Of a stretch of DNA of 64,000 nt, positions 31,249 through 40,626 are shown one piece after another. How positions within the stretch are numbered: position 1 is the first letter of the stretch; every line of letters starts with the position of its first letter. The translations under genes and the position numbers were made by a program. The notes below the pieces were generated by a model. The model was not told the origin of the DNA. It ran no database searches and worked only from the letters and a program-made list of their open reading frames with translations. The stretch covers positions 1,588,500-1,652,499 of the forward strand of contig CAVQMW010000005.1 of the NCBI GenBank assembly GCA_963713755.1, read 5' to 3'. The stretch is from an uncultured delta proteobacterium (lineage in GTDB: Bacteria; Desulfobacterota; Desulfobacteria; Desulfobacterales; CAVQMW01).

Positions 31249-31818
31249 ATGGTTAATCTAACTTTAACGCATCGGCAAAGAATAGTTTCTATCTATCTGC
31301 TGGCAATCGCCTTGGGGGTGCTCGTGGGAGTTGTCAGTAATCCCGCCTGGGCGGGCGGCTACCATAACATACCGGGCACCGCCTGTGCCGCCTATAATAA
31401 TTACCAGGCCAATGCCTTAGAACGCAGCCATGTGCGCATTTATAACCCCCCAACCAATGGCCAGAGCATATGGGTCATCTGTCCTGTGCAGCGCGTTGAA
31501 GAGGATGTTGTTTCGACCACCAACCACCTTCATGGCTATATCAATGTCTTTTTTAGTTCCCAGTCTGCTAGCAGCGCTGAGGTCGTATGCATCTACCGCG
31601 AATTTGATTATAATACTACCCACGAGCCTGGGGGAGCCCTAACTGGTGTAAATGATTCGGTGACTGTTACCGCGACACGACCAATTACAGTCCCCGGGGT
31701 TGATGACGTTGCTTTTCTTCTTACGAATGACCAAAATTATGCTTATTCTTACTGGACCGCCACCTGCAAGTTGGCACCCGGCACGGGTATCAACTCTATA
31801 GATGCTGATCAAGAGTAG
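31249..31818 (+). CDS. secreted hypothetical protein with four Cys
   Basis: AAGGAG RBS; signal peptide ending AWA; lower GC than flanks. Confidence 0.7.
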   Translation: MVNLTLTHRQRIVSIYLLAIALGVLVGVVSNPAWAGGYHNIPGTACAAYNNYQANALERSHVRIYNPPTNGQSIWVICPVQRVEEDVVSTTNHLHGYINVFFSSQSASSAEVVCIYREFDYNTTHEPGGALTGVNDSVTVTATRPITVPGVDDVAFLLTNDQNYAYSYWTATCKLAPGTGINSIDADQE

Positions 31819-32139
31819 TATCTCGCAACCAATCTGAGTTGAACGGAATCGACGTGGGCGGGTCCTGGAAACGGGGCTGGTCTTTCTATTTGATGGCCTG
31901 GCCGCTATATGAAATCATAATATTGGAAGTCCTGGCCCGACTTCCACCTTCTGAAGCCCTGCCGGGACGCACCACCCGGCGCGGCTTTTTGTTTGACCGG
32001 GGCGCGATGGTGGTTTAATTCTGGTGAACCTTCATTTTTATTCCTGAGTGTCTTTGAAAACCCTTTTGAAGGTGGGGAATTAAATAATAACCCACGAAAA
32101 AAGGGGTTGCCAATTTCGGCTAACCCCTAGAATTCTTTG

Positions 32140-32215
32140 TGGTACGCCCGGCAGGATTCGAACCTGCGATCTTCAGCTCCGGAGGCTGACGCCCTATCCC
32201 CTGGGCTACGGGCGC
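32140..32215 (-). tRNA. tRNA-Arg(CCG)
   Basis: Minus strand gcgcccgtagcccaggggatagggcgtcagcctCCGgagctgaagatcgcaggttcgaatcctgccgggcgtacca: 76 nt, T-loop GTTCGAATC, encoded CCA. Confidence 0.97.
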
Positions 32216-32387
32216 GTAAGTTGGGTCTAGATAGGGGAAACCCAAGGCGAAGTCAAGGCTCAAAAGCGGGCCGGGAGGCGGGACTTTGCATTGGAAATGG
32301 GGGAGCGGAGAGCATCAATATTTGCCACGATTCCAGACATCGTAGGCGGTCATGGGTGTCGCGCCGAGCCTTTTTTGCTTTGCGAAA

Positions 32388-33689
32388 CTATGCGGATAGG
32401 CTGATGCCGTCCCAGCGGGAGAGTTCATCCCGGGCTTCGCCCACCACGTAGAGGGAGCCTGCAATGCAGATTGCATCCTGGGGCGCGCTGGTTTGGTAGG
32501 CGCGGCGCACCGCGGCAGCCACGCTGGGGATGATTTCGATCTGGGATGGATATTCCTCGGCTACGCTGGCCAGGGTTTCCGGGGGCAGGGCGCGGTCGAT
32601 TACCGGCCGGGTCACGATAACCCGGCCGCAGAGCGGCAGCCATTGGGAAAGCATGTAGCGGTAAGGTTTGTCGTCCAGGATTCCCACCACCAAGGTGATC
32701 TTGCGGCCGCTGAGTTGCGTTTTAAGGTATTGGCCCAATTGCCGGGCGGCGGCCCGGTTGTGGGCGCCATCTAAGATGACCAGAGGGGTGTCGCACACCT
32801 TTTCCAGGCGCCCCGGCCAGACATGGTGGGCCAGGCCCTCACGGATCACCTGGGGCTTCAACCGGCAGCCGCTTCCCATCAGGCTCTCACAGGTGGCAGC
32901 TACCAGGGCGGCATTTTGCACCTGATGGGGACCATCGAGGGCGGTTCTAAGGCCGGGCCAGCGATGGGCGATTCCGTAGTAGTTGAAGCTCCCGTCGGTT
33001 CGGCGGCGAACCCGAAAATCTTTGCCGTACTGATAGAGGGGGGCCTTTTGCCGGGCGGCGGTTTCATGGATCACCTTGCGGGCCTGGGGTTGGGCCACAC
33101 CGGTGATCAGGGGAACATTGGACTTGATGATGCCCGCCTTTTCATAGGCGATGGCGCTCAAGGTGCGGCCCAAATAGGCCTGATGCTCCAGGGAGATGTT
33201 TGTGATGATGGTGGCGGCCGGGGAGAGAACATTGGTGGCGTCCATGCGCCCGCCCATACCGGTTTCCACCACAGCCCAATCCACCTCTTGGCGTGCGAAC
33301 TCGCTGAAGGCCATGGCGGTGGTGTATTCAAAAAAGGTGGGCTCCCGCTCACCCTCGGCCACCTTTTTGACCCGCTGATAGGCGGCCACCACCGCGCTAT
33401 CCTCGATGGGGCTGCCGTTGATCTGAATCCGCTCGTTGAAGCGCACCAGGTGGGGCGAGGTATACAGCCCCACCCGATAGCCGGCCCGCTCCAGAATCGC
33501 GGCCAGGGCCGAGGCAATGGAGCCCTTGCCGTTGGTCCCGGCCACATGGAGGGCGGTGAACCGATCCTGGGGGTTGCCCAGGGCGGCCAGGATCCGGCGG
33601 GTGGTGTCCAGGCCCAGGATGATGCCGAAGCGGCACAGGCCGAACATCTCGTCGAGGATTTCTTGATAAAGGGGTTTCATGGCGTCCAT
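32388..33689 (-). CDS. folC: folylpolyglutamate synthase/dihydrofolate synthase
   Basis: HVAGTNGKGS, YTSPHL, ETGMGGRMDATN, EKAGIIK, WPGR, LDGAHN, GSLY. Confidence 0.96.
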   Translation of the reverse strand: MDAMKPLYQEILDEMFGLCRFGIILGLDTTRRILAALGNPQDRFTALHVAGTNGKGSIASALAAILERAGYRVGLYTSPHLVRFNERIQINGSPIEDSAVVAAYQRVKKVAEGEREPTFFEYTTAMAFSEFARQEVDWAVVETGMGGRMDATNVLSPAATIITNISLEHQAYLGRTLSAIAYEKAGIIKSNVPLITGVAQPQARKVIHETAARQKAPLYQYGKDFRVRRRTDGSFNYYGIAHRWPGLRTALDGPHQVQNAALVAATCESLMGSGCRLKPQVIREGLAHHVWPGRLEKVCDTPLVILDGAHNRAAARQLGQYLKTQLSGRKITLVVGILDDKPYRYMLSQWLPLCGRVIVTRPVIDRALPPETLASVAEEYPSQIEIIPSVAAAVRRAYQTSAPQDAICIAGSLYVVGEARDELSRWDGISLSA

Positions 33690-33695
33690 ATAGAA

Positions 33696-33736
33696 ATAGC
33701 CCGGCGGAAATGGGGCTTCTGCCGGGCTATCTTTTT
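33696..33736. terminator. hairpin terminator downstream of rpsU
   Basis: atagcccggcggaa...ttctgccgggctat stem. Confidence 0.55.
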
Positions 33737-33759
33737 CCTTGGATTGTCGGAAAGATCGT

Positions 33760-33972
33760 TTAGTAGCGTCGCCGCGCGCGGGCCTTGGCCGCGGCGATCC
33801 GCTGCCGGCGCAGGGCTTCACGTTGCTTGCGCCGACGGTATTCGCTGGGCTTCTCATAGCTTTTTTTGAGCTTGAGCCGCTTGAAAAGGCCGTCGTTTTG
33901 GATTTTTTTCTTTAAAACCCGCATTGCCTTTTCAAGATCGTTGTCGATCACTTTCACTTCGATCTGCTTCAA
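33760..33972 (-). CDS. rpsU: 30S ribosomal protein S21
   Basis: DLEKAMRVLKKK, YEKPSEYRRRK. Confidence 0.95.
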   Translation of the reverse strand: MKQIEVKVIDNDLEKAMRVLKKKIQNDGLFKRLKLKKSYEKPSEYRRRKQREALRRQRIAAAKARARRRY

Positions 33973-34090
33973 ATTCCTCGCCCCCTCTCAACTTGGATAT
34001 TTTGGGATGACCGAAAAAATCAGATTCATGCTCTCCGGGCATCGCAACAAACAAATATACTCGTGGGCTTGGGAAAAGGCAAGCTAATTT

Positions 34091-35518
34091 TTAGGGAGGC
34101 GACCGTGGATCCGACTCGTCCGTTGGTTTTGAGATCAGGCCGGCGGCCAATTGCAGGGCCTCCTGCCGAGTTTGAATTTCCCCGCTGAGCCGCGCTTCTT
34201 CCACGCGGCTTAGAATCCACTTGAATTGAGGGCCGGGCGTCAGGTTCAGCGCGCCGATCAGGTCCCGGCCGCTGAGCAAAGGAGTGTGCGCCCGCTTAAC
34301 CAGAAAGTCATTCTCGTAGCGGCGGCGCAGCCCCATGGCAAATTCCGCGAAATCCGGCGGGTCCATGGGCTGCGTTGCTGTTTTGCCTTGCTGGTCTGCC
34401 AGGGCGTGCATCAGCAATTCCCGCACCCAAGGATGGTTGCGGGTAAAAAAACGGGTGATGCCCCGCGGAGATAGTGTGCCCTGTTGGCGGGCCTGACAGA
34501 GGTGCAGGGGATCTAAATGGCGGCTGATCAGATGGCGGATGAAGCCCGTCCGGGCCTTGGAGAGCCGCAGTCGACAACAGATGTCGCGGGCCATTTGCGC
34601 GCCCCGCCCTGCATGGCCGTAAAAGTGAATCTCCCCGTTGCCTCCCGCTGCCCGGTTGCCCGGTTTCCCTACATCGTGGAGCAAGAGGGCCAGCTTCAGC
34701 AGAGGCGGGTCCGGCTTCCAGTCCTGGCTAGGGAGTTCCCGGGCGTCTTTCGTGGTCTCAATCCAGGGGGATTCCCCCAGTAACGCCTCCAAATGCTTGA
34801 AGGCGGCCAGGGTGTGATCCCACACATTCCAGGCGTGGTGTTTCCCCTGGTTGCATCCCCGGGTAGCCGCGAGTTCCGGGAAAACCTGAAAGAGCAGGCC
34901 GTCTTCGGCCATGGCCGCGACCCAGGGCCGGCTAACAGGCAGGACTAGCAGCTTGAAGATCTCCTCTTGCTGGCGCTCCCCGGCGCTCTCGCTGATTCTG
35001 AAGGCCTCGTTGCGAATCTGGTCCCGGGTGGTTGGTGCAATAGAAAATTGGAGCTGACCGGCCAGGCGGTAGGCGCGAAGCAGGCGCAGGGGATCCTTGC
35101 GGAACCCCTGGGGGGTAACCCGGCGGACCACCGCGGCCTCAAGATCGGTCAGACCTTTGAAGGGGTCTCTGAGCTGGTTTTGGGCCGGATCCCAGGCCAT
35201 GGCATTGATGGTAAAGTCCCGCCGCCGCAGGTCCTCGTTCAAATTGGCGCCCTCCAGGGGGGTCAGGTCCAGGGTGATCCGGGGGGCGATGAGCCGCACC
35301 AGGGAATGCCCTGGCCTGCCCAGGGGAATCCGATGGGCATTGAGTTTCCGGGCCAGTTGCCGGGCCAGGAGATCCAGATCGCCGGAGGAGGCCAAATCCC
35401 AGTCCGCAGGAGAGCGACCCAAAAGCATATCCCGCACGGCACCGCCCACGATATAGGTTTCAGGGGGCAGGGCCTGGAAGATGGGAAAATGATTCGACAT
35501 GATCTCTTTAAGGTTCAT
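34091..35518 (-). CDS. class II tRNA nucleotidyltransferase with HD domain (probably CC-adding)
   Basis: VGGAVRDMLLG..DWD, EDLRRRDFTINAMA, DPLRLLRAYR, LLHDVGK. Confidence 0.88.
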   Translation of the reverse strand: MNLKEIMSNHFPIFQALPPETYIVGGAVRDMLLGRSPADWDLASSGDLDLLARQLARKLNAHRIPLGRPGHSLVRLIAPRITLDLTPLEGANLNEDLRRRDFTINAMAWDPAQNQLRDPFKGLTDLEAAVVRRVTPQGFRKDPLRLLRAYRLAGQLQFSIAPTTRDQIRNEAFRISESAGERQQEEIFKLLVLPVSRPWVAAMAEDGLLFQVFPELAATRGCNQGKHHAWNVWDHTLAAFKHLEALLGESPWIETTKDARELPSQDWKPDPPLLKLALLLHDVGKPGNRAAGGNGEIHFYGHAGRGAQMARDICCRLRLSKARTGFIRHLISRHLDPLHLCQARQQGTLSPRGITRFFTRNHPWVRELLMHALADQQGKTATQPMDPPDFAEFAMGLRRRYENDFLVKRAHTPLLSGRDLIGALNLTPGPQFKWILSRVEEARLSGEIQTRQEALQLAAGLISKPTDESDPRSPP

Positions 35519-35692
35519 GATTCGTCCGGCAAGGCGGGCTATTCGGCCCGAGGGCGCGCTCTGTTTCTGCTTGAACTTCATTTCTGTTTTTACTATTAGC
35601 CCAGAGGAGTAGACATTTTCCACCCCCATTTTCCAGGAGCGCTGCAATCCGCAGTCAAGCAATGATCATACCCCATCTACAGGAGATCGACC

Positions 35693-36418
35693 ATGGCCAA
35701 CCCGGATCCCCATAGCCCCTTTCGCATCGAAGATCCCCAGCCCATCGAGGATGATAATTATGACGGTCCGGATTACACCGGACTGGGGGCTGAGGGCATG
35801 GGCGCTGCCGCTTCTGGAATTTTGAGGCGCTATGGCCTGCTCATCGGGCTGGTGATCCTGGGAATCTGCGTGCTGTTGGTGCTCCTGGTGGCTTTTCCCA
35901 AAAAACCGCCCCTGGACACCACCCGCCTGGAGGCCCTGCAAGCGCGCATCGATCAACTCCAGGAGCGCCTTATCCAACTGGAGGCCGGCTATACGGAACT
36001 GGTGCAGTTCAAGACCCAGGGCGAACGGGCCGAGCAGCTTTTAGGGCGCATGGATCAATTGGAGAGCACCACGGCCCAGCGCATGGAGGAGCTCAGCGAA
36101 AAACTGATCGCCGTGGAAAAATTGGCCCAAACACCCCCGGCGCCCAAGGCCGCGCCTCCTGCTACCCAGAGCCCGCCGCCCAAGAAAAAAGCGGCCCAGA
36201 CGCCGCCCAAGAAAGCCGCCCAACCCGCTGCTGCCGCGCCAGAGCCGAAAAAGCCGCCTGCAACCGAAACCCAGATTCAATACCACACCGTGCAGGCCGG
36301 CGAGACCCTCTACCGCATCAGCCGCAAATACGGAATTTCCGTGGAGACGCTGACCCGCCTCAACAAGATTTCCGGCACCGACATCCAACCCGGGCAGCGC
36401 CTGCGGGTCAGCCCCTAA
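35693..36418 (+). CDS. membrane-anchored coiled-coil LysM protein
   Basis: One TM helix, coiled coil, Pro/Lys linker, HTVQAGETLYRISRKYG...PGQRL. Confidence 0.88.
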   Translation: MANPDPHSPFRIEDPQPIEDDNYDGPDYTGLGAEGMGAAASGILRRYGLLIGLVILGICVLLVLLVAFPKKPPLDTTRLEALQARIDQLQERLIQLEAGYTELVQFKTQGERAEQLLGRMDQLESTTAQRMEELSEKLIAVEKLAQTPPAPKAAPPATQSPPPKKKAAQTPPKKAAQPAAAAPEPKKPPATETQIQYHTVQAGETLYRISRKYGISVETLTRLNKISGTDIQPGQRLRVSP

Positions 36419-36421
36419 ATA

Positions 36422-36481
36422 GTGGCCGAACGGAAACCTACTTCCGCTCCCTTGATGGGGGAGGGCTGGGGTGGGGGTGAA
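36422..36481. repeat. dispersed G-rich repeat, second copy at 44024-44086
   Basis: gaacggaaacct...cccttgatgggggagggctggggtgggggtga is shared by both loci. Confidence 0.8.
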
Positions 36482-36520
36482 GAATTCCAAGGTGTTACCC
36501 CCCCTCCCGCCAGGGGAACC

Positions 36521-36635
36521 GTAGGGGCAGGCCCTGTGCCTGCCCTGACCCGGGCACCCACAAGGGGTGCCCCTACACCTGCCCTGACCCGGGCACCCCC
36601 AAGGGGTGCCCTACACCTGTCTTGACCCGGGCACC
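36521..36635. repeat. GTAG REP doublet with local tandem duplication
   Basis: gtaggggcaggccctgtgcctgccc followed by gggcacccacaaggggtgcccctac; the cctgccctgacccgggcacc...ctaca unit repeats ~2.5 times. Confidence 0.75.
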
Positions 36636-36718
36636 AGCGATTGCTGCCTCTATTCCTATGCCTATGGGTGCACCCGGGGGGGTGGAGGCCTATACAAGCC
36701 CCCCATCGCCGCGTGTTT

Positions 36719-38884
36719 CTATAGCTCCGCCAGGCGATCTTCCATGAAGTTGCCGATCACCCGATAGACCTTTTCCGAGCCGGGACCGTTGATGATCCCG
36801 TGGCGCTCGAAGTTAAAGAGCATGTAGCGTTTGTCCTCGGCGCCCACCAGGTTGAAGATTTCCTGGGAGCCCTTTTCATTGACCACCGGGTCCCGGGCGG
36901 ACTGCAGAATCAGGGCCGGGGCCGTGATGGCCGACAGCCGGGGTTCCAGGTCGTCCATCAGACGCTCCAACTCCCGCACCCCGCTCACCGGGTTGCGACT
37001 GTAGTTGATATGGGCATTTTCGGGCCGGTTCTCTACGAACTCTTTCTTGGCATCCGTCAAACGGATGCGGTCCATGATCCGGTTCCAGACATTGACCGCC
37101 GGGGCCAGCTTGCTGGTCAAATATTGCAGCCGCAGGGGGGTTGATACGGCAAATACGCCCGCCAGGGGCACCTTGCGGCTGGCCAGCTCCAGGGCCAGGC
37201 CCGCGCCGGTGGAAAATCCGCCGGCCACGACCTGGCGGCAGACCGCGCGCATCAGGGCATAGCCGTTTTCCGCCGACGCGATCCACTCCTGATAGCTGCG
37301 CTGGGCCAAATCCTCGGGGGCCGTGCCATGGCCTTTGAGCCGGGGGGCGTAGACCCAGTAGCCTAAACGGCCCAAATACTGGGCCAGGGCCAGCACCTCC
37401 AGGGGGGCGGCCATGTAGCCGTGGAGCAGCACCACCCCCAGCTGGCGCCCCCGGCCCTTGACCAGAAAGGGCCGGCCCACCTTGCGCGGTTTGCTCTCGG
37501 CCTGGCTGTAAAAGGCTCGATAATCCCGCTCAAAGTCCTGGTCGGCCTGGTCCATGAGATGATGGGCAATGCGCCGGCGGATCCACCAGCGGGGAGCGAT
37601 TGCCGCCCGCCAGGCGCGGTTTTGGAGCGCCTTGAGGGGTTTGACCTCGTTGACCATGACCGCGGCGGGGTTCTCGATCCGCACCCGGTGGAAATCCCAT
37701 TCGCTCTCCGGGCTCAAGCCGCGCTTGGTCAGGCGCTCGCCATCCACCTGCAGCACACCGGTATCCCGGGCCAGTTCCACAAATTGGGACAGCCACTCCC
37801 GGCGGTCATCGCCGATCAGCCCCAGGGCCTCCGCGGCCAGCCGGTCATGGAGGTGAATGGCGGTCTCCTCCTTGAGCCGCACGGTCAGGTCAAAGGCCCG
37901 CTCCCCCAATTCCTGGACGGTGAGCTGCTTAAAGGGCCTTTTATAGAGCAACGTGGCCAGCAGATGGTCGGGGTTGACCGTGGTCAGGTCGTAGATCGCC
38001 TGCATGTAGGTCTGGGTCAGGGCCTGGGCGCGCTTGCGCATTTGGGGCCGGGCGGGAAGGTCCTCGCCGAAGGTGATCCGCCGGGAAGCGGTGATATCCC
38101 GCTGAATGTCCATACACTCCAGACAGGGCTCCACTGCGATGGGTGCGCCGATGCGCATGGTGACGTCCGCCCCGGCAAACAGATAGGTGCCCTCGGTGAG
38201 CAGTTCTTCCATGGCCCGCTCGGAAATGTCCTCCTTCAGGCGCTGGGCCAAACGGCTGGCGATGTTGGCCTGGGCTTTCAAAGGGAAATAGGTGAGATTC
38301 ACGGGAATGATTACTGTTTTGCCCGCCAGGACCGGGGCTGTGTCACCAATGCCGAACTTCTGACACAGGTGCTCGGCCTCCCGGGGATCGGACGATTGCA
38401 GGTGGCGCAGGCGCAAGCGGTAAAATTCCGTGCGCAGAGCCAGGGCCGCGGCGCCGGTGTGGGGCCGGCCCACGCCGTCGGGATGGCCCACCACAAAGCG
38501 GCCCTTTTCAAAGATCTGTTTGCTTTTGACCATGCGGCCTTCAGGGAAAATGATCCAGGCCGCTTCACCGGTGAGCAGGGATTTGACGATCAGCCGGTCC
38601 CGGTCGGGGTTCTTGTTGGAAAGTCCCCCCACGCTTTCCAGGAAGGCGCCCAGGCCGCCTTTGAACAGCTCATGGCTGGCCAGGGACCAAACCGGAACCT
38701 TGACCATTTGAAAAATTTTGTAGGGCAACAGGAAGGTTTCGAAGCGCGTAAAGTGGTTGACCACGAAGATTTTGGAACCCTGGGCGGGAATATTGGCCCG
38801 GCCTTCAATGTGAATATTGGTCCGGGTCAGCGCCGAAAAGGTCTTGATGGCCAGGCCGGTGGTCCGGTATGCGTAGCGATTCAT
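36719..38884 (-). CDS. PlsC-like acyltransferase fused to an alpha/beta carboxylesterase
   Basis: NHFTRFE and FPEG at the N-terminus; LLHG, GHGT, GFSTG, DPVV and HGI at the C-terminus. Confidence 0.85.
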   Translation of the reverse strand: MNRYAYRTTGLAIKTFSALTRTNIHIEGRANIPAQGSKIFVVNHFTRFETFLLPYKIFQMVKVPVWSLASHELFKGGLGAFLESVGGLSNKNPDRDRLIVKSLLTGEAAWIIFPEGRMVKSKQIFEKGRFVVGHPDGVGRPHTGAAALALRTEFYRLRLRHLQSSDPREAEHLCQKFGIGDTAPVLAGKTVIIPVNLTYFPLKAQANIASRLAQRLKEDISERAMEELLTEGTYLFAGADVTMRIGAPIAVEPCLECMDIQRDITASRRITFGEDLPARPQMRKRAQALTQTYMQAIYDLTTVNPDHLLATLLYKRPFKQLTVQELGERAFDLTVRLKEETAIHLHDRLAAEALGLIGDDRREWLSQFVELARDTGVLQVDGERLTKRGLSPESEWDFHRVRIENPAAVMVNEVKPLKALQNRAWRAAIAPRWWIRRRIAHHLMDQADQDFERDYRAFYSQAESKPRKVGRPFLVKGRGRQLGVVLLHGYMAAPLEVLALAQYLGRLGYWVYAPRLKGHGTAPEDLAQRSYQEWIASAENGYALMRAVCRQVVAGGFSTGAGLALELASRKVPLAGVFAVSTPLRLQYLTSKLAPAVNVWNRIMDRIRLTDAKKEFVENRPENAHINYSRNPVSGVRELERLMDDLEPRLSAITAPALILQSARDPVVNEKGSQEIFNLVGAEDKRYMLFNFERHGIINGPGSEKVYRVIGNFMEDRLAEL

Positions 38885-39042
38885 GGCGTCAGCGCAGTGC
38901 GGCGCAGGGTCAGGGAGCGTTTCCCGGAGAGTATGGCCGGAGAGTATGGATTGAACGGCGCTCTGTGTTGACAGGGTTTGCTATTCCCTCTAAATTATTA
39001 TTCTTTTGTCCCTAAAAATAAAGGTTTTTCTGGAGGCCATGC

Positions 39043-39474
39043 GTGTATTCCAAGATTCTCATCCTGCGCTTTCCCCAAACCCAGGCCCAAGAACCCATCA
39101 CCTGCAATCTGGTGAAAAATTACGATCTCACCTTCAATATCCTGCACGCCAAGATTTTTCCGCGCCGGGAAGGGCTCATGGTTCTGGAGCTTTCCGGCAG
39201 TAAAAAAGATTTCAAGGAAGGCGTCAAGTACCTCAAATCCCACGGCGTGAGTGTTCAGAACGCCTCCCAGGAGGTGGAACGCGATGAAGTGCGCTGTACC
39301 CACTGCGGGGCTTGCACCGCGGTCTGCCCCACGGCGGCCCTGCACATCCGCCGGCCGGAGATGTGGGTGGTGTTTGATCAGAAAAAGTGCAGTGTCTGCG
39401 AACTTTGCGTTCCGGCCTGTCCCACCCGGGCCATGGCCGTTCGGCCTCTTAATCAGAACTTCTTTGAACCATGA
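39043..39474 (+). CDS. NIL domain + 2x[4Fe-4S] ferredoxin protein
   Basis: FNILHA..EGLMVLELSG; CTHCGACTAVCP and CSVCELCVPACP. Confidence 0.9.
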   Translation: MYSKILILRFPQTQAQEPITCNLVKNYDLTFNILHAKIFPRREGLMVLELSGSKKDFKEGVKYLKSHGVSVQNASQEVERDEVRCTHCGACTAVCPTAALHIRRPEMWVVFDQKKCSVCELCVPACPTRAMAVRPLNQNFFEP

Positions 39475-40598
39475 CCCTCACGGCCATCGCCCTGAGCGGC
39501 GGCGTGGACTCCCTGACCGCAGCCTATGTGCTGAAGCAGGCCGGTGAGCGGCTGCTGGGGATCCATTTCTTGACCGGCTACGAAACCCCGCCTGCTCCAG
39601 CTCCGGCGGCGGTCCGTCCCTCTGCCGATTCCGCGACCCAGCTTACGGCCCAGGCCCGCCGGCGCCTGGAACCCCTGGCGCAAGCGTTGGAGATTCCCCT
39701 GGAGATTGTGGATTGCCGGGCCGCCTTCGGCCGCGAGGTGATCGATTACTTCAACACCGCCTACCAGGCCGGGCGCACCCCCAATCCTTGCGTGGTCTGC
39801 AATCCCAAGATCAAGTTCGGTTTTTTGCTGGAGCTGGCCCGCCAACGGGGTGCCCAACGGCTGGCCAGCGGCCATTACGCCAGGACCCGGCAGGATGCCC
39901 AGGGTGCAGTTCATCTGCTCAAGGGGAGTGATGGGGCCAAGGACCAATCCTACTTTCTGGCCCGGCTGACGCCCCTTCAGCTGGCCGCGGCCAGCTTTCC
40001 TCTGGGCGGTATGACCAAGGCAGAGGTCAAACAGCTGGCCGCCCGGCAAGGCCTGCATCCGGTGGCCCGCAAGGAGAGTCAGGATATCTGCTTTATCCGC
40101 CAGCGCAGCTACGGCGAGTTTCTTCAGGACCAGCTGGGCCTAACGCCCCGCCCCGGCCCTATTGTGGATCTGGCCGGCAGACGGATCGGGGAGCATCCGG
40201 GACTGCACCGCTTTACCATCGGCCAGCGGCGGGGAATCAACTGTCCGGCCGCGGAACCCTACTACGTGGTGCGCCTGGAACCGAAAGAGAACCGACTAGT
40301 GGTGGGGGTAAAAACGGATCTGCTGCGCGAGGATTGTGTGCTGGAGGAGATGAACTGGATCCAGCCCCCGGCGGCGCCCTCATTTGCGGCCCACATCCGC
40401 ATTCGCTATCGCCAGCGGGCCGTACCGGCCCAAATTTTCCCCCAGGAAAAAACCGAAGCGCGGGTGGTGTTCCGAAAACCTCAGGCCGCGGTGACTCCGG
40501 GCCAGGCCGGGGTGCTCTACCAGGGGGACGAGGTGTGGGGAAGCGGCTGGATTGCCGGAGATACCAGCGCTGACGCTCCCCGCCCGCCAAGCCAATGA
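39471..40598 (+). CDS. mnmA: tRNA 2-thiouridylase
   Basis: ALSGGVDS, TPNPCVVCN, GHYA, KDQSYFL, ESQDICF, TIGQRRG, TPGQ. Confidence 0.96.
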   Translation: MTLTAIALSGGVDSLTAAYVLKQAGERLLGIHFLTGYETPPAPAPAAVRPSADSATQLTAQARRRLEPLAQALEIPLEIVDCRAAFGREVIDYFNTAYQAGRTPNPCVVCNPKIKFGFLLELARQRGAQRLASGHYARTRQDAQGAVHLLKGSDGAKDQSYFLARLTPLQLAAASFPLGGMTKAEVKQLAARQGLHPVARKESQDICFIRQRSYGEFLQDQLGLTPRPGPIVDLAGRRIGEHPGLHRFTIGQRRGINCPAAEPYYVVRLEPKENRLVVGVKTDLLREDCVLEEMNWIQPPAAPSFAAHIRIRYRQRAVPAQIFPQEKTEARVVFRKPQAAVTPGQAGVLYQGDEVWGSGWIAGDTSADAPRPPSQ

Positions 40599-40626
40599 AA
40601 GCATAAAACGGGAAGAACAACCATTG

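Noticed and set aside
32096-32130. Possible prophage att site beside tRNA-Arg
   Set aside because: Only a terminator-like hairpin is seen; I found no duplicated tRNA 3' end or integrase in the window.
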